Shown piece after piece: positions 28,244-37,997 of a DNA stretch of 64,000 bases. The position numbers and the translations under genes are program-made. The stretch spans positions 288,001-352,000 of the forward strand of contig JAVLKG010000005.1 in assembly GCA_032128875.1 (NCBI GenBank), read 5' to 3'. The stretch's first letter is position 1, and every line of letters starts with the position of its first letter. The notes under the pieces are model-generated. The model was not told the origin of the DNA, ran no database searches, and saw nothing but the letters and a program-made list of their open reading frames with translations. Source of the DNA: Candidatus Melainabacteria bacterium 17Bon1m (GTDB lineage: Bacteria > Cyanobacteriota > Vampirovibrionia > Obscuribacterales > Obscuribacteraceae).

Positions 28244-29173
28244 TTATCGCGCTGCCAGGTTGAGGCATGAAACTACCTTGTCGGTTATATCTTGCGCAGA
28301 AATACCGAGGCGTTCGTAAAGATACTGCTCCGAACCGACCATTCCCTTTGGGACTTGTCTGACCGCGAGTCTCGTTAATCGCGCATTTAATCCGTTTTCC
28401 GCTATTACTTCCGACACCATGGAGCCGAGACCGCCGCTTATGTAATGCGCTTCCACCGTGAAAACATACCGGTGGCGTGAGATGGTTTCAATCAAATGAT
28501 CTTCGGGTCTTGGGCTTATTGAGGAAACAAGCGCAACCGTTGCGCTAATGCCTTTCTGCGTAAGCGAAAGTTCTGCTTTTTGAGCCTCCGGGGCTGCGTT
28601 GCCCATTGCGATGATCAACGCGTCTTGCCCATTTGCGATGAAATCGATATTGCCGATTTCAAATCTTCCATTCAAGCCGGGAACGGTAATGCCTTCGTTT
28701 TTGCTGAGCCGATAGTATGCTGGGCCCGGCGCATCCCATGTTTTCTCAATCGCCGTATTGAGCTGATCCGAATCGCATGGCGTGATGATCGACAGCCCCG
28801 GCTGTACTCGCAAAGCGCCGACGTCATCCAAACCAAAATGGGTCGGTCCGTGATGTGAGTATTCGACCCCGCCACCGATGCCGACAATTTTTACAGGCAG
28901 GTTGTGTAAAACAGGACCATTGCGGATGAATTCGTATGGACGCAGAGTGGCGAATGTGGCGATTGAATAAACAAAAGGAATCAATCCTGACTCTGCCATC
29001 CCTGTTGCCATGCCGATCATGTTCTGTTCGGCAACGCCGGCATTGATAAAACGATCTGGAAAACGCTCTGCAAATGGTTCTACCACATAAAATCCAAGAT
29101 CGCCTGTAAGCAAGTGAATTCGCGGATCTCTCTGAGCCACCTCGACAAGTTTTTTGATGAAGGCTTTACGCAT
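28244..29173 (-). CDS. Transketolase-like protein, C-terminal (pyrimidine-binding) subunit
   Basis: LTGDLG, PDRFINAGVAEQNMIG.A.G.A, GPTH, TVEAH...GGLGS. Confidence 0.92.
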   Translation of the reverse strand: MRKAFIKKLVEVAQRDPRIHLLTGDLGFYVVEPFAERFPDRFINAGVAEQNMIGMATGMAESGLIPFVYSIATFATLRPYEFIRNGPVLHNLPVKIVGIGGGVEYSHHGPTHFGLDDVGALRVQPGLSIITPCDSDQLNTAIEKTWDAPGPAYYRLSKNEGITVPGLNGRFEIGNIDFIANGQDALIIAMGNAAPEAQKAELSLTQKGISATVALVSSISPRPEDHLIETISRHRYVFTVEAHYISGGLGSMVSEVIAENGLNARLTRLAVRQVPKGMVGSEQYLYERLGISAQDITDKVVSCLNLAAR

Positions 29174-30004
29174 TTACGTGTCGATCTCCTTCATCGCTTG
29201 ATCGAATTGATCTTTTGTCATTGGCAGATAGTGCCATTCGATTTTGTTTTGCATGAAGGAAACGCCTTTGCCAAACGTGGTTTTGCACACTAGAACATGA
29301 GGCGCGCCCGATTCGCAATCGAGCTTCTCCAGAGTATCTTGCATCTGTTTGCAGTTATGTCCGTCTACAGAATGGACATCCCAATTGAATGCTTTAAATT
29401 TGCTTTCTACCGAACCTGTGTCCAGCACGTCTTTTGTATAGCCTAGCGCTTGCTGTCCGTTTTGATCGACAAATACAATCAAGTTGGACAATCGGTGATG
29501 TCCTGCGAAAAGAACCGACTCCCAGAGCGCGCCTTCATTGAGTTCGGCGTCGCTTATGAGAACGTATGTTTTGCGTGAAGAGTTTGTTTGCCTTGCTGCA
29601 ACTGCACTGCCGATACCAAACGAAAGCCCCATGCCCAACGAGCCGGTTGCAAAATCAATTCCACTAACTGCGACTTCTGGGTGCCCACAAAGCGCAGTGC
29701 CATCGTTGCAGAACGTGCCAAGTTCTTCCCTTGTGATGAATCCCTTGAGATAAAGTGCTGCGTATTGCGCCAGAACAGCATGCCCTTTTGAAAGAATAAA
29801 ACGATCGCGCTCAGGTGCCTCGGGAGCTGGGATATTCAGAACTCTGCTGTACAGCAAGGCGATAATTTCTGTGATCGACAATGCGGAGCCGATGTGACCT
29901 ACACCTGCGCGTTTCGACTCGAGGAGAACCAGCCGGCGGATCTCGTTTGCGAATTTCTCGGGATTGAGAGCGGACTTAACTTGTTGTGCTGCCGTCACTG
30001 CCAA
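29174..30004 (-). CDS. Transketolase-like protein, N-terminal (TPP-binding) subunit
   Basis: GHIGSALS, RDRFILSKGH, GHP, TGSLG.G, SDAELNEG..WE, DGH. Confidence 0.92.
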   Translation of the reverse strand: MAVTAAQQVKSALNPEKFANEIRRLVLLESKRAGVGHIGSALSITEIIALLYSRVLNIPAPEAPERDRFILSKGHAVLAQYAALYLKGFITREELGTFCNDGTALCGHPEVAVSGIDFATGSLGMGLSFGIGSAVAARQTNSSRKTYVLISDAELNEGALWESVLFAGHHRLSNLIVFVDQNGQQALGYTKDVLDTGSVESKFKAFNWDVHSVDGHNCKQMQDTLEKLDCESGAPHVLVCKTTFGKGVSFMQNKIEWHYLPMTKDQFDQAMKEIDT

Positions 30005-30122
30005 TGCTTCTCAGGCTTGCTACGTCGAGAGACTCCAAGCAGTTAGTTTACTAAGAGTAGTCTAGTGCTCGATGACAGCCGTGTAATCTGAAGGGCTTTT
30101 GCCTTTCTGCTCAAGGCTTCAA

Positions 30123-30896
30123 TCAATCTGATTTCTTGATAATCCTACCTTTGATACTGGTTTCAGCAGGCTGTAATACCTTCTTCAAGTATTTCTCATT
30201 CGATTCCCAAGGTTTGGGAATGTAGCCCGTCAGGTGTTTTAGGCGTTGCTTGGCGACGACGTAATAATCGTCATCTCCGAAGAAATGGTCCACAACTCCC
30301 ATGCCTCTGAAGTTTGTGCCCTTCTCCATTCCCACTCCGTTGCGCATTACAATGAGCCACTCTCGGACGCATTCACCAAACAGTTTGGGATCTTTCTCGG
30401 CTTGAAATTCCAGTTTGCGATCTAGTGCTTCTGCCAGTGCCTTGTGAACGTCCATATCATCAGGATCTCGCTGCATTGCCCGGCGCGCCAGCTGAATTGC
30501 TCGGTCGACGCGCTCAGCTCTCAAAGCAAATTCGGAGCCGAGCATTGCTGATATCGTGCGCTTCTTTGATGGGTCGATGATCTCATCGTATTCCATTGTT
30601 GGTGGTACGTAATTAGGTTCGTACTCTGCTTTCTTCGTGGTTCGGTGTTCGGTATCAGAGCGCTTAGTGGCTTTGTGCTCTTTTGTGGGTTGCGGCGGTG
30701 TTGGCGGCGGCGACTGCCTTTGCTCGTATTTTATAGGCTGCTGTGGTGGCTCGCTGGGGGCGGCTATTGCCGCACAAGTGCATGCAGGCAGTGCAAAACT
30801 CATTGCAAAAAGAAGCGAATTAAAGCATCCTGCTCTTTGTCTTTTGGCGCGCGTTAAGTCCGCCAGTGGTCGAAACCTGGCTGTTTTTAAAAGCAT
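30123..30896 (-). CDS. Hypothetical exported protein with TPR-like helices
   Basis: Hydrophobic leader, Pro-rich linker, AIQLARRAMQRDPDD. Start uncertain. Confidence 0.55.
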   Translation of the reverse strand: MLLKTARFRPLADLTRAKRQRAGCFNSLLFAMSFALPACTCAAIAAPSEPPQQPIKYEQRQSPPPTPPQPTKEHKATKRSDTEHRTTKKAEYEPNYVPPTMEYDEIIDPSKKRTISAMLGSEFALRAERVDRAIQLARRAMQRDPDDMDVHKALAEALDRKLEFQAEKDPKLFGECVREWLIVMRNGVGMEKGTNFRGMGVVDHFFGDDDYYVVAKQRLKHLTGYIPKPWESNEKYLKKVLQPAETSIKGRIIKKSD

Positions 30897-30918
30897 TGGA
30901 TATTCTCTGATTGGTTAG

Positions 30919-31584
30919 TTATTTGCCTTGAGGCGCGTGCGGGGGTGGCGGCGGAGGAAAAGGATGTCTGCCAAAACCGCCCATAGGACCAAGCTCCATC
31001 TTGTCGTGTGCTAATCGCATCTTCTTTCTTTGTTCGGGTGTGAGAACCTTGGCCATCTCAAGCATGTGAGCTGAAAAGCGTTTGCTCATGTCTGATTTTT
31101 GTTGCGCAATCTCTTCTGCAAGTTTGCGAACGTCTGAGTCGCTAATATTGTCGGCGCTCAGTTTTTCGCGCATTTCGCCTTCGAGTGAGCGCAAGGTCGC
31201 AAACGCGGTTGTGTTGCCGTTTTCGAATGTACGCTTTAGCTTTGCCATCTGCGTAACTTGATTATCAGTCAAGTCAGGAATGGGAGGTGGAGGGAGTGGC
31301 ATTGCAAATTTCGCTCCAAAATGTGTACCGCCGGGCGGCATTGGGGGAAAGGGAGAGCCTCCACCAAATGGCATCTGACATCCCGGCGGCGGTCCGAATT
31401 CGCCTGCACAAGTGATGAAGTCCGGCAGCGGGCCTGGGGGCGCTGCTTCGAATGCGAAAAGAACGTTTTCTGGACCGTCTTTTACCATTTGAATTACTGT
31501 TGACTCCTGACTAAAAGCCGGCGGGGATGTCAAAAGGAGGGCGGCGGCCGCAACAAGGCCGCGCCACGAGAATTTGTGGCTCAT
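30919..31584 (-). CDS. Spy/CpxP-like (LTxxQ) periplasmic chaperone with Pro-rich segments
   Basis: Signal peptide from ATG 31584 (SD GGGAG); LTDNQ and LTPEQ motifs. Confidence 0.8.
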   Translation of the reverse strand: MSHKFSWRGLVAAAALLLTSPPAFSQESTVIQMVKDGPENVLFAFEAAPPGPLPDFITCAGEFGPPPGCQMPFGGGSPFPPMPPGGTHFGAKFAMPLPPPPIPDLTDNQVTQMAKLKRTFENGNTTAFATLRSLEGEMREKLSADNISDSDVRKLAEEIAQQKSDMSKRFSAHMLEMAKVLTPEQRKKMRLAHDKMELGPMGGFGRHPFPPPPPPHAPQGK

Positions 31585-31679
31585 GTGAGTCTCCCTTGGA
31601 AACTGTTTGATTAGTTCTTTAAATAACAACCGGCTTTCACCCGGGGCCGAGCAAAAGCCGGTTGTGCGGACAAAGGAAA

Positions 31680-31749
31680 TTGTACTAGAGTATAAAAATG
31701 TACGCAAGTCTAAAATTGTTTGGCAGTACAAATTTGAACTGCCGTATTA
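31680..31749. promoter_or_regulatory. Four tandem imperfect palindromes, probable TetR operators
   Basis: 16-mers at 31680, 31698, 31716, 31734 (18-bp period), consensus TTGTACTnnAGTACAA. Confidence 0.7.
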
Positions 31750-31813
31750 TTTATAGTCTAAGATCAGGTGCCGTGAGGTTTTGCGACCTCGCAGCCATAA
31801 AGGTTGAAGTCTG

Positions 31814-32476
31814 ATGGAAAACACACTGAATAGCCGGCGGGACAAAAAGCGTATTGAGCGCCAGCACCAAATATTGGATGCTGCGTCTAGTTTGTTCACT
31901 GTGCGAGGTTATGACCAGACTTCTATCGACGACATCGCGCGAGAAGCGGACATCGCGCGAGGCACCGTTTTTTACAACTTCGAGTCGAAGGAAGATATTG
32001 TTTTTGCTCTTCGCTTTCGCTCTGTTGACGTAGCGAAAGAGCGCGCGTTAGAGCAGTTGACTGGTGGCAAACCTGCGCTCAAGTGCATTGAAGGTTTTCT
32101 TGTGGAAGTTGCTCAGTGGACAGAGAAAAACCCTGAGCTTGCCGAAGTTTTGTGGCGTCACGGACCAGTGAGCGCAAAACGATTTCTCAAGGCTGAGATG
32201 ATGGATGAGAAAATCACCGGCGCTCAGTCTAAGCGAAGCAACGAGTTCAAAGCGCCGCCAGGACCACCAAATCTGGTGCCGATTGAACTCGTGAAAAGTG
32301 CGCAATGCGAAAAATCGCTTCGCTCAGACGTCGCTGCTGAGCGCCTTTCACACTACATAAATTTCATTCTGATTTACGGTCAAATGGAATGGCTGCGCGG
32401 CGATCGAAAACAATCGCTCGACAAACATATGTTGGAAGAGCTGAAAATCGTTCTCGAAGGCATCTGCGCGCAATAG
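31814..32476 (+). CDS. TetR/AcrR family transcriptional regulator
   Basis: ILDAASSLF..RGYDQTSIDDIAREADIARGTVFYNFESKE. Confidence 0.95.
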   Translation: MENTLNSRRDKKRIERQHQILDAASSLFTVRGYDQTSIDDIAREADIARGTVFYNFESKEDIVFALRFRSVDVAKERALEQLTGGKPALKCIEGFLVEVAQWTEKNPELAEVLWRHGPVSAKRFLKAEMMDEKITGAQSKRSNEFKAPPGPPNLVPIELVKSAQCEKSLRSDVAAERLSHYINFILIYGQMEWLRGDRKQSLDKHMLEELKIVLEGICAQ

Positions 32477-32601
32477 TAGGCAATTGCAGCGAGCAAGTCT
32501 TTGCATCTCAGTAATTTCCCTGTTGTTCTTTGGACACAATGTGGTTGTCTAGAGAGGTGCTGTAATGTTGGCTGCTTTCTCATTTTTTAAGGAGCATCAC
32601 C

Positions 32602-33117
32602 TTGAAGCGAACTTTGGTTCTGATGTCGGCTTTGATTGTTTCTGCTGCATTCGCCTCAATACTTCTGATCGCACCTGCTCTTGCTGAAAAATTAGGTGTG
32701 CAAAGTGGAGCGTTTGTTCAGTCAGATTATGAACGGCAAATGGAGATCGGTCGCAGAGCCACTGAGTCTGGAGAGTTTTCCAAGGCGCTGGCAGTGTTTC
32801 AGGAAATGAGTCTGCGGCATAATGGTGATTCAAAAGTGATGCTGTCGCTTGCGCGCGTTTACTACCATCTTTCGAAGCGAGATAAAGCGGTGTTGTCAGA
32901 AAAAGAAGCCGCGCTGGAATATGCTGAACAGAGTGATAAACAAAAACTAGAACAAGAAATCGCTGATTTGCGGAAGAGCGTCGCAATCAATGAGAAGTCG
33001 AAATCTGAGATTATGACTCGTTTCAGAAAGACCTTGCCAAAGTCTCATCCCTATTGGGAATTTGCGCCACCTGAGAACGAGAAGCAAGAACTCAATATAC
33101 CAAGCAATGCGTCTTGA
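32602..33117 (+). CDS. Secreted TPR-like protein
   Basis: Signal peptide ending ALA-E; GEFSKALAVF...LSLARVYY; SD AAGGAG before TTG. Confidence 0.6.
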   Translation: MKRTLVLMSALIVSAAFASILLIAPALAEKLGVQSGAFVQSDYERQMEIGRRATESGEFSKALAVFQEMSLRHNGDSKVMLSLARVYYHLSKRDKAVLSEKEAALEYAEQSDKQKLEQEIADLRKSVAINEKSKSEIMTRFRKTLPKSHPYWEFAPPENEKQELNIPSNAS

Positions 33118-33128
33118 TTGTTGGTGCT

Positions 33129-34106
33129 CTAAATCCCGCTGATAACGTGCGGGACGTAGGGCTCTTCGAGCGCGGCAATGTCTTCTTTGCTTAGTTTCAA
33201 ATCCAAGGATTTCGCTGCGTCTTCGAGGTGGTGCGGTTTTGTGGCACCAACAATTGGAGAAACGACAGGAGATTTTTGCAGTAGCCATGCAAGCGCGACT
33301 TGAGCTCGTGGTGCGCCAAGGCGTTGAGAAACTTCAGTTAGTTTTTCAACAACTCGCTTATCTGCATCGACCTGAACTGCATACAATTTTTTGCCGAATT
33401 CGTCTGTTTGAGAGCGTTCGGTCTTATCGTCCCAATCGCGGGTCAGGCGACCACGCGCAAGAGGGCTCCAGGGAATTACGCCAACGCCTTCATCTTTGCA
33501 GAGCGGGAGCATTTCACGTTCTTCTTCTCGATAAATCAAGTTGACGTAGTTTTGCATGCTGATAAAACGCGTCCAGCCGTTTCGTTCAGACACGTGAAGC
33601 GCTTTTGCAAATTGCCACGCGTACATGCTGGATGCGCCTATATGGAGGACTTTGCCAGCTTTCACCAGATCGTGCAAAGCCTCCATCGTTTCTTCAATGG
33701 GAGTGGAGGCATCCCACCGGTGAATTTGATAAAGGTCAATGTAATCCGTTCCGAGCCTTCGTAAGCTTTGTTCGACTTCGTGCATGATTGATTTGCGCGA
33801 AAGTCCAACACCATGCGGACCTGGTCTCATGCGCCCGTTGACTTTTGTGGCGATGATTACGTCTTCGCGTTTTGCAAAATCTTTCAGTGCTCTGCCGACA
33901 ATCTCTTCGCTTGTTCCATCGGAATAAACATTGGCTGTGTCGAAAAAATTGATATCGAGATCCAGCGCTTGCTTGATGTATTTTCGGCTTTCGTCTTCCG
34001 GCAAAGTCCAGCTGTGGTTGCCTCTTTCCGGCGCGCCAAAGCTCATGCAGCCGACGCAAATCCGAGAAACTTTAAGCCCCGTGCGCCCCAGATTTGCGTA
34101 TTCCAT
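33129..34106 (-). CDS. Aldo/keto reductase
   Basis: LGRTGLKVS, FFDTANVY, ATK, SLRRLGTDYIDLYQIH, PWSPLARG. Start ATG 34106 with SD AGGAG. Confidence 0.95.
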   Translation of the reverse strand: MEYANLGRTGLKVSRICVGCMSFGAPERGNHSWTLPEDESRKYIKQALDLDINFFDTANVYSDGTSEEIVGRALKDFAKREDVIIATKVNGRMRPGPHGVGLSRKSIMHEVEQSLRRLGTDYIDLYQIHRWDASTPIEETMEALHDLVKAGKVLHIGASSMYAWQFAKALHVSERNGWTRFISMQNYVNLIYREEEREMLPLCKDEGVGVIPWSPLARGRLTRDWDDKTERSQTDEFGKKLYAVQVDADKRVVEKLTEVSQRLGAPRAQVALAWLLQKSPVVSPIVGATKPHHLEDAAKSLDLKLSKEDIAALEEPYVPHVISGI

Positions 34107-34123
34107 ATTGAGTCTCCTGCGTG

Positions 34124-35695
34124 TTAACGAGCAATTGCTTTGCGTACTAAGAAAACGCCGACTTCGTCTTTGCACTTCACTTCCCAATCTTTGCGCTGCG
34201 AGAGTACTTGTGCAATCTGCGCTTCGTTGGGAACCATCACCCATGTGAAGTTTCGCTTGTTGAAAATTTCTTCCCAGTTGTCTTGAGTGAGCAAAATTTT
34301 GATGTATTCCTCGATGAATTCTGGCGGAAGGAAGTCAGCCCAGTCATCGATGTACACAGTGCGTTTCAATTTAAAGTAGATGTAGCCGCCCCAGTTGTCG
34401 TAGTTGAAACCCAGCCCTGGCGGGTTTTCTTTCTGCAAACAATCGACAAGCTTTACCGGGATGCGCGTGGGATCGAAGTCCTTGACTTTGAACATGTCCA
34501 TCGACAAGAAAGCTACGCTCATCGCGACGGTAATGACGCCGTAAGCAACCGCAGGCTTCCAGCCCATTGGTTCATTGGCTTCGATTTCTGCTTCTTTCTT
34601 GGCCAGCTTCGCAAGCGCCTTTTCTAGCGGCTTTTGCGGTTCTGACGCAAGAAGTTTTGGTCTCCACAATTCCCAATAAGGACCAAGAAATGGAATTACC
34701 ATCAGGGCGCAATATGGAACAAAGCGCATGCTGACGAAACTTGCGAGGAAGAAAACGCCCATCACCGCTGTTTCGTGAAACTTCAATCCGCCTTTCGTTT
34801 TCCAAATCGCGACGATTGTGATGGCTCCAAGAATAAGGAAGAACCAGGCGCCGACTCCAGCGGTGATATCAAAAGAGCGCCACTCATCTGTTTTGCTGAG
34901 AACTACGGGATTGGAGATATACGTTAGAACGGTGTTGTAAAACGACAGCCCGCGTGGATTTATCGCGGTTGCGGCGGCGCCAACAACAAGGCAAGTTGCA
35001 AGTTCGATTGTACGTTGTTTTGATTTTTCGTCCGGTGAAATCGCTGCGAGCGGTAGGTTTTTCCCAACAAAGGTTTGAACCGTTGATGCCACAGCGCTGA
35101 CGACAAGCATCACAATTCCAACTGTGTAGCTGCCGTGTAAGTTCGCCCAAAGGCACATAACTAGTGCTGTTGCGACCGCACGTATCCAGAGTTTGTGTTC
35201 GCTTATGAAAAGCAAATAGTACAAAACGAGAAACGGCAAATAGGTATAAACGTGGCAGCGTGCTGACCAATGCATCCCGACGGCAGGCATGACGAGAAGC
35301 ACTATGAGCAAGCCCGCGAGCAGACCCATTCCGCGTGCGCGCGCCATTTGATAGCTCCACATCAGTCCAAGCGCGCCGACAATACTGAAAATGAGCACTA
35401 CGCCGGTCATGCCATATTGGCTGAATACTGTTCCGCTCGTGATGTCGCCGAGCCAGCAGCGCGTAAGGCAAGGTGAAGAATTGAAGATTGCGGAGGTGTA
35501 GTTGGTTGTCGGAAGAGCGTGATGCGCGAGCCAATATTCACCGTTAATGATGTGGCGACATGTACCGCCGTCCCAGAGAAACATGTCTGGTCGCATGAAA
35601 AGCATTCCGCCCAATAAATACACGAAGAACCACCCGCCTGATTGCGGGGCGAAAATGCTGAAGAGCGATGTGTTCTTGCTGGTTTCGGGGGGCAT
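34124..35695 (-). CDS. Multi-TM putative GT-C glycosyltransferase (paralog of 9250..10833)
   Basis: WDGGTCRHIING, ARCH, WANLH, NPRG, DEWRS, NYDNWGGY, VYIDDWAD. Confidence 0.55.
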   Translation of the reverse strand: MPPETSKNTSLFSIFAPQSGGWFFVYLLGGMLFMRPDMFLWDGGTCRHIINGEYWLAHHALPTTNYTSAIFNSSPCLTRCWLGDITSGTVFSQYGMTGVVLIFSIVGALGLMWSYQMARARGMGLLAGLLIVLLVMPAVGMHWSARCHVYTYLPFLVLYYLLFISEHKLWIRAVATALVMCLWANLHGSYTVGIVMLVVSAVASTVQTFVGKNLPLAAISPDEKSKQRTIELATCLVVGAAATAINPRGLSFYNTVLTYISNPVVLSKTDEWRSFDITAGVGAWFFLILGAITIVAIWKTKGGLKFHETAVMGVFFLASFVSMRFVPYCALMVIPFLGPYWELWRPKLLASEPQKPLEKALAKLAKKEAEIEANEPMGWKPAVAYGVITVAMSVAFLSMDMFKVKDFDPTRIPVKLVDCLQKENPPGLGFNYDNWGGYIYFKLKRTVYIDDWADFLPPEFIEEYIKILLTQDNWEEIFNKRNFTWVMVPNEAQIAQVLSQRKDWEVKCKDEVGVFLVRKAIAR

Positions 35696-35774
35696 GCAGC
35701 AAGAATATCATTCTAAAACGTGAGTTGCTCGTGGATGGTAAGCTTGTTGTCGGGAAACGACTTGGAGCCTTTGC

Positions 35775-36845
35775 ATGAGCGTAATTATCGTCACAGGATC
35801 GGGAGGGCTGATTGGTTCAGCAGCTGCCGAATATTTTGCCGCCCTGGGGCACGATATCGTCGGTATCGACAATGACATGAGGCAGAAATTTTTCGGTCCG
35901 GATGCGTCTACAGTTTGGAATCGAAAACGGCTTGAGACAAAACTAGGCAAGCAATATCAACATTTTGAAATCGACATTCGGGATGTCAATGGAATTGGCG
36001 ACGTCTTTCAGAGATTCGGCAAGAATATTCAAGCGGTGATCCACACTGCCGCGCAGCCGTCGCACGATTGGGCTGCAACAGCTCCAGTCGAAGACTTTAC
36101 GATCAATGCCAATGGCACCATGAATTTGTTGGAAGCTACGCGGAAAGTTTGCCCCGAAGCTGTTTTTATCTTTACTTCCACCAACAAAGTCTATGGTGAC
36201 ACTCCCAATCGTCTGCCGCTTGTTGAGCTGGAAACGCGCTGGGAAATTGATTCTTCGCATACTTACTTCGGCGGTATCCGCGAAGATATGTCCGTCGATC
36301 ATTGCTTGCACAGCTTGTTTGGCGTGTCGAAACTGGCTGCTGATGAGCTTGTGCAAGAGTACGGTCGATATTTCGATATGCGCACCGCTTGTTTTCGCGG
36401 CGGTTGTCTTACCGGACCCAATCATTCAGGCGCTGAGCTGCACGGGTTTCTCGCATACCTGATGCGTTGTGCTGTCATTGGTAAGTCGTATAAGATTTAT
36501 GGCTACAAAGGCAAGCAAGTGCGGGACAACATTCATAATGATGACCTCGTGCGCGCCTTTCACGAAGTGATCAAAGATCCCAAAGTTGCGCGTGTGTACA
36601 ACATCGGTGGCGGTCGCACCAGCAACTGCTCGATGCTTGAGGCAATTAGCTTGTGCGAAGAAATTACGGGCAAAAAACTCGATGCGACATATGTCGACGA
36701 CTCGCGCATTGGAGATCACATCTGGTGGATCAGCGATAACGGCAGATTCATGGCTGATTACCCAAATTGGAAAGTCGAGAAAAACATCAAAGACATTCTC
36801 ACTGAGATTTACAACGTCAACAAAGAACGTTGGGTATCTGTCTAG
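35775..36845 (+). CDS. CDP-paratose 2-epimerase (RfbE)-like SDR, FxxxK variant
   Basis: [38 protein letters not shown]. Confidence 0.8.
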   Translation: MSVIIVTGSGGLIGSAAAEYFAALGHDIVGIDNDMRQKFFGPDASTVWNRKRLETKLGKQYQHFEIDIRDVNGIGDVFQRFGKNIQAVIHTAAQPSHDWAATAPVEDFTINANGTMNLLEATRKVCPEAVFIFTSTNKVYGDTPNRLPLVELETRWEIDSSHTYFGGIREDMSVDHCLHSLFGVSKLAADELVQEYGRYFDMRTACFRGGCLTGPNHSGAELHGFLAYLMRCAVIGKSYKIYGYKGKQVRDNIHNDDLVRAFHEVIKDPKVARVYNIGGGRTSNCSMLEAISLCEEITGKKLDATYVDDSRIGDHIWWISDNGRFMADYPNWKVEKNIKDILTEIYNVNKERWVSV

Positions 36846-36929
36846 CTTTACGCTTTATCAGGCCTTGCGTTTTAATAGAAGCCAATATGTGTATGGTAAA
36901 TAGGCCTGAGTTGGCTTCAGTGGCGGATA

Positions 36930-37997
36930 ATGCGGATTCTCATTTCTGGTATTTGCGGTTTTGTTGGCAGTGCGCTGGCGCGTTATCTGCTTGAATCCCA
37001 GGCGGGCTTGAAGATTTGTGGTTTTGACAACTTTTCGCGAGCCGGCAGCCATCTCAATCGTGATGTTTTGAAAGCTTTGGGTGTTGAAGTTTTTCATGCT
37101 GATGTCCGTTTTGAAAGCGACATGGAGCAAATGCCCGCAGTCGATTGGATTATTGACGCTGCAGCCAATCCTTCCGTCCTCGCTGGTGTGGATGGTGTTT
37201 CCAGCCCGCGGCAGGTGCTTGACTCCAATCTCTACGGCACAATAAATTTACTTGAAAGCGCTCGGCGCCACAACTCCGGCTTCATCTTGCTTTCGAGCAG
37301 TCGTGTCTATTCGATCAACGCATTGAAGAAAATTCCGCTTAGGGAAGAGAATTCAGCGTTGGTCTTTGATAGTTCGAAACAAGCTCCTGCAGGGGTTTCT
37401 TCGAAAGGACTCGATGAGAGTTTTTCCACCCAGGCACCGATTTCTTTGTACGGCGCCACTAAGCTCGCATCTGAAGTCTTGGCGCTGGAGTATGCCGAAA
37501 CTTACAAGCTGCCGGTTTTCGTCAATCGGGCTGGTGTCATAGCTGGTGCCGGCCAATTTGGAAAACCAGACCAGGGCATTTTTACTTACTGGATCAATTC
37601 CTATTTGCGTAAGATGCCGCTCAAATACATTGGTTTTGGCGGTACCGGACATCAGTTGCGCGACGCGATGCATCCTAAAGATCTGGCGCTTTTGGTCAGA
37701 AGTCAGATGAGCAAATCGGGAAGTGATCAGAATGACATCATCAACGTGGGTGGCGGCTCGGATAATGCGATGTCGCTCAAACAGCTTTCTGATTGGTGTG
37801 AGAAACGTTTTGGAGCGCATACGGTTGATTCTGTGAAAGAAGACCGTCAGCTGGATATTCCCTGGGTCGTAATGGACAGCTCTCTTGCGCAACGCACAAT
37901 TGGATTTGAGATTACGATGAAACTTCCTGAGATTTTGGAAGAGATTGCGCGACACGCTGAAGCTCATCCTGACTGGCTTAAGGTGTCAGGCGCATGA
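36930..37997 (+). CDS. Second RfbE-like SDR epimerase
   Basis: SGICGFVG, DNFSR.GS, SSSRVY, LYGATK, QFG..DQG, GHQLRD. Confidence 0.8.
   Translation: MRILISGICGFVGSALARYLLESQAGLKICGFDNFSRAGSHLNRDVLKALGVEVFHADVRFESDMEQMPAVDWIIDAAANPSVLAGVDGVSSPRQVLDSNLYGTINLLESARRHNSGFILLSSSRVYSINALKKIPLREENSALVFDSSKQAPAGVSSKGLDESFSTQAPISLYGATKLASEVLALEYAETYKLPVFVNRAGVIAGAGQFGKPDQGIFTYWINSYLRKMPLKYIGFGGTGHQLRDAMHPKDLALLVRSQMSKSGSDQNDIINVGGGSDNAMSLKQLSDWCEKRFGAHTVDSVKEDRQLDIPWVVMDSSLAQRTIGFEITMKLPEILEEIARHAEAHPDWLKVSGA

Noticed and set aside
31680-31749. Regularly spaced repeats as a mini-CRISPR
   Set aside because: 18-bp period with no spacers, degenerate palindromes and no cas genes; fits operators.
33129-34244. 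Extended N-termini in the ORF track (AKR to 34244; also Spy to 31731, GT39 to 41974, flp to 24656, 47300 ORF to 47623)
   Set aside because: Extensions overlap neighbours or regulatory DNA; downstream ATGs give family-typical N-termini, most with SD sequences.
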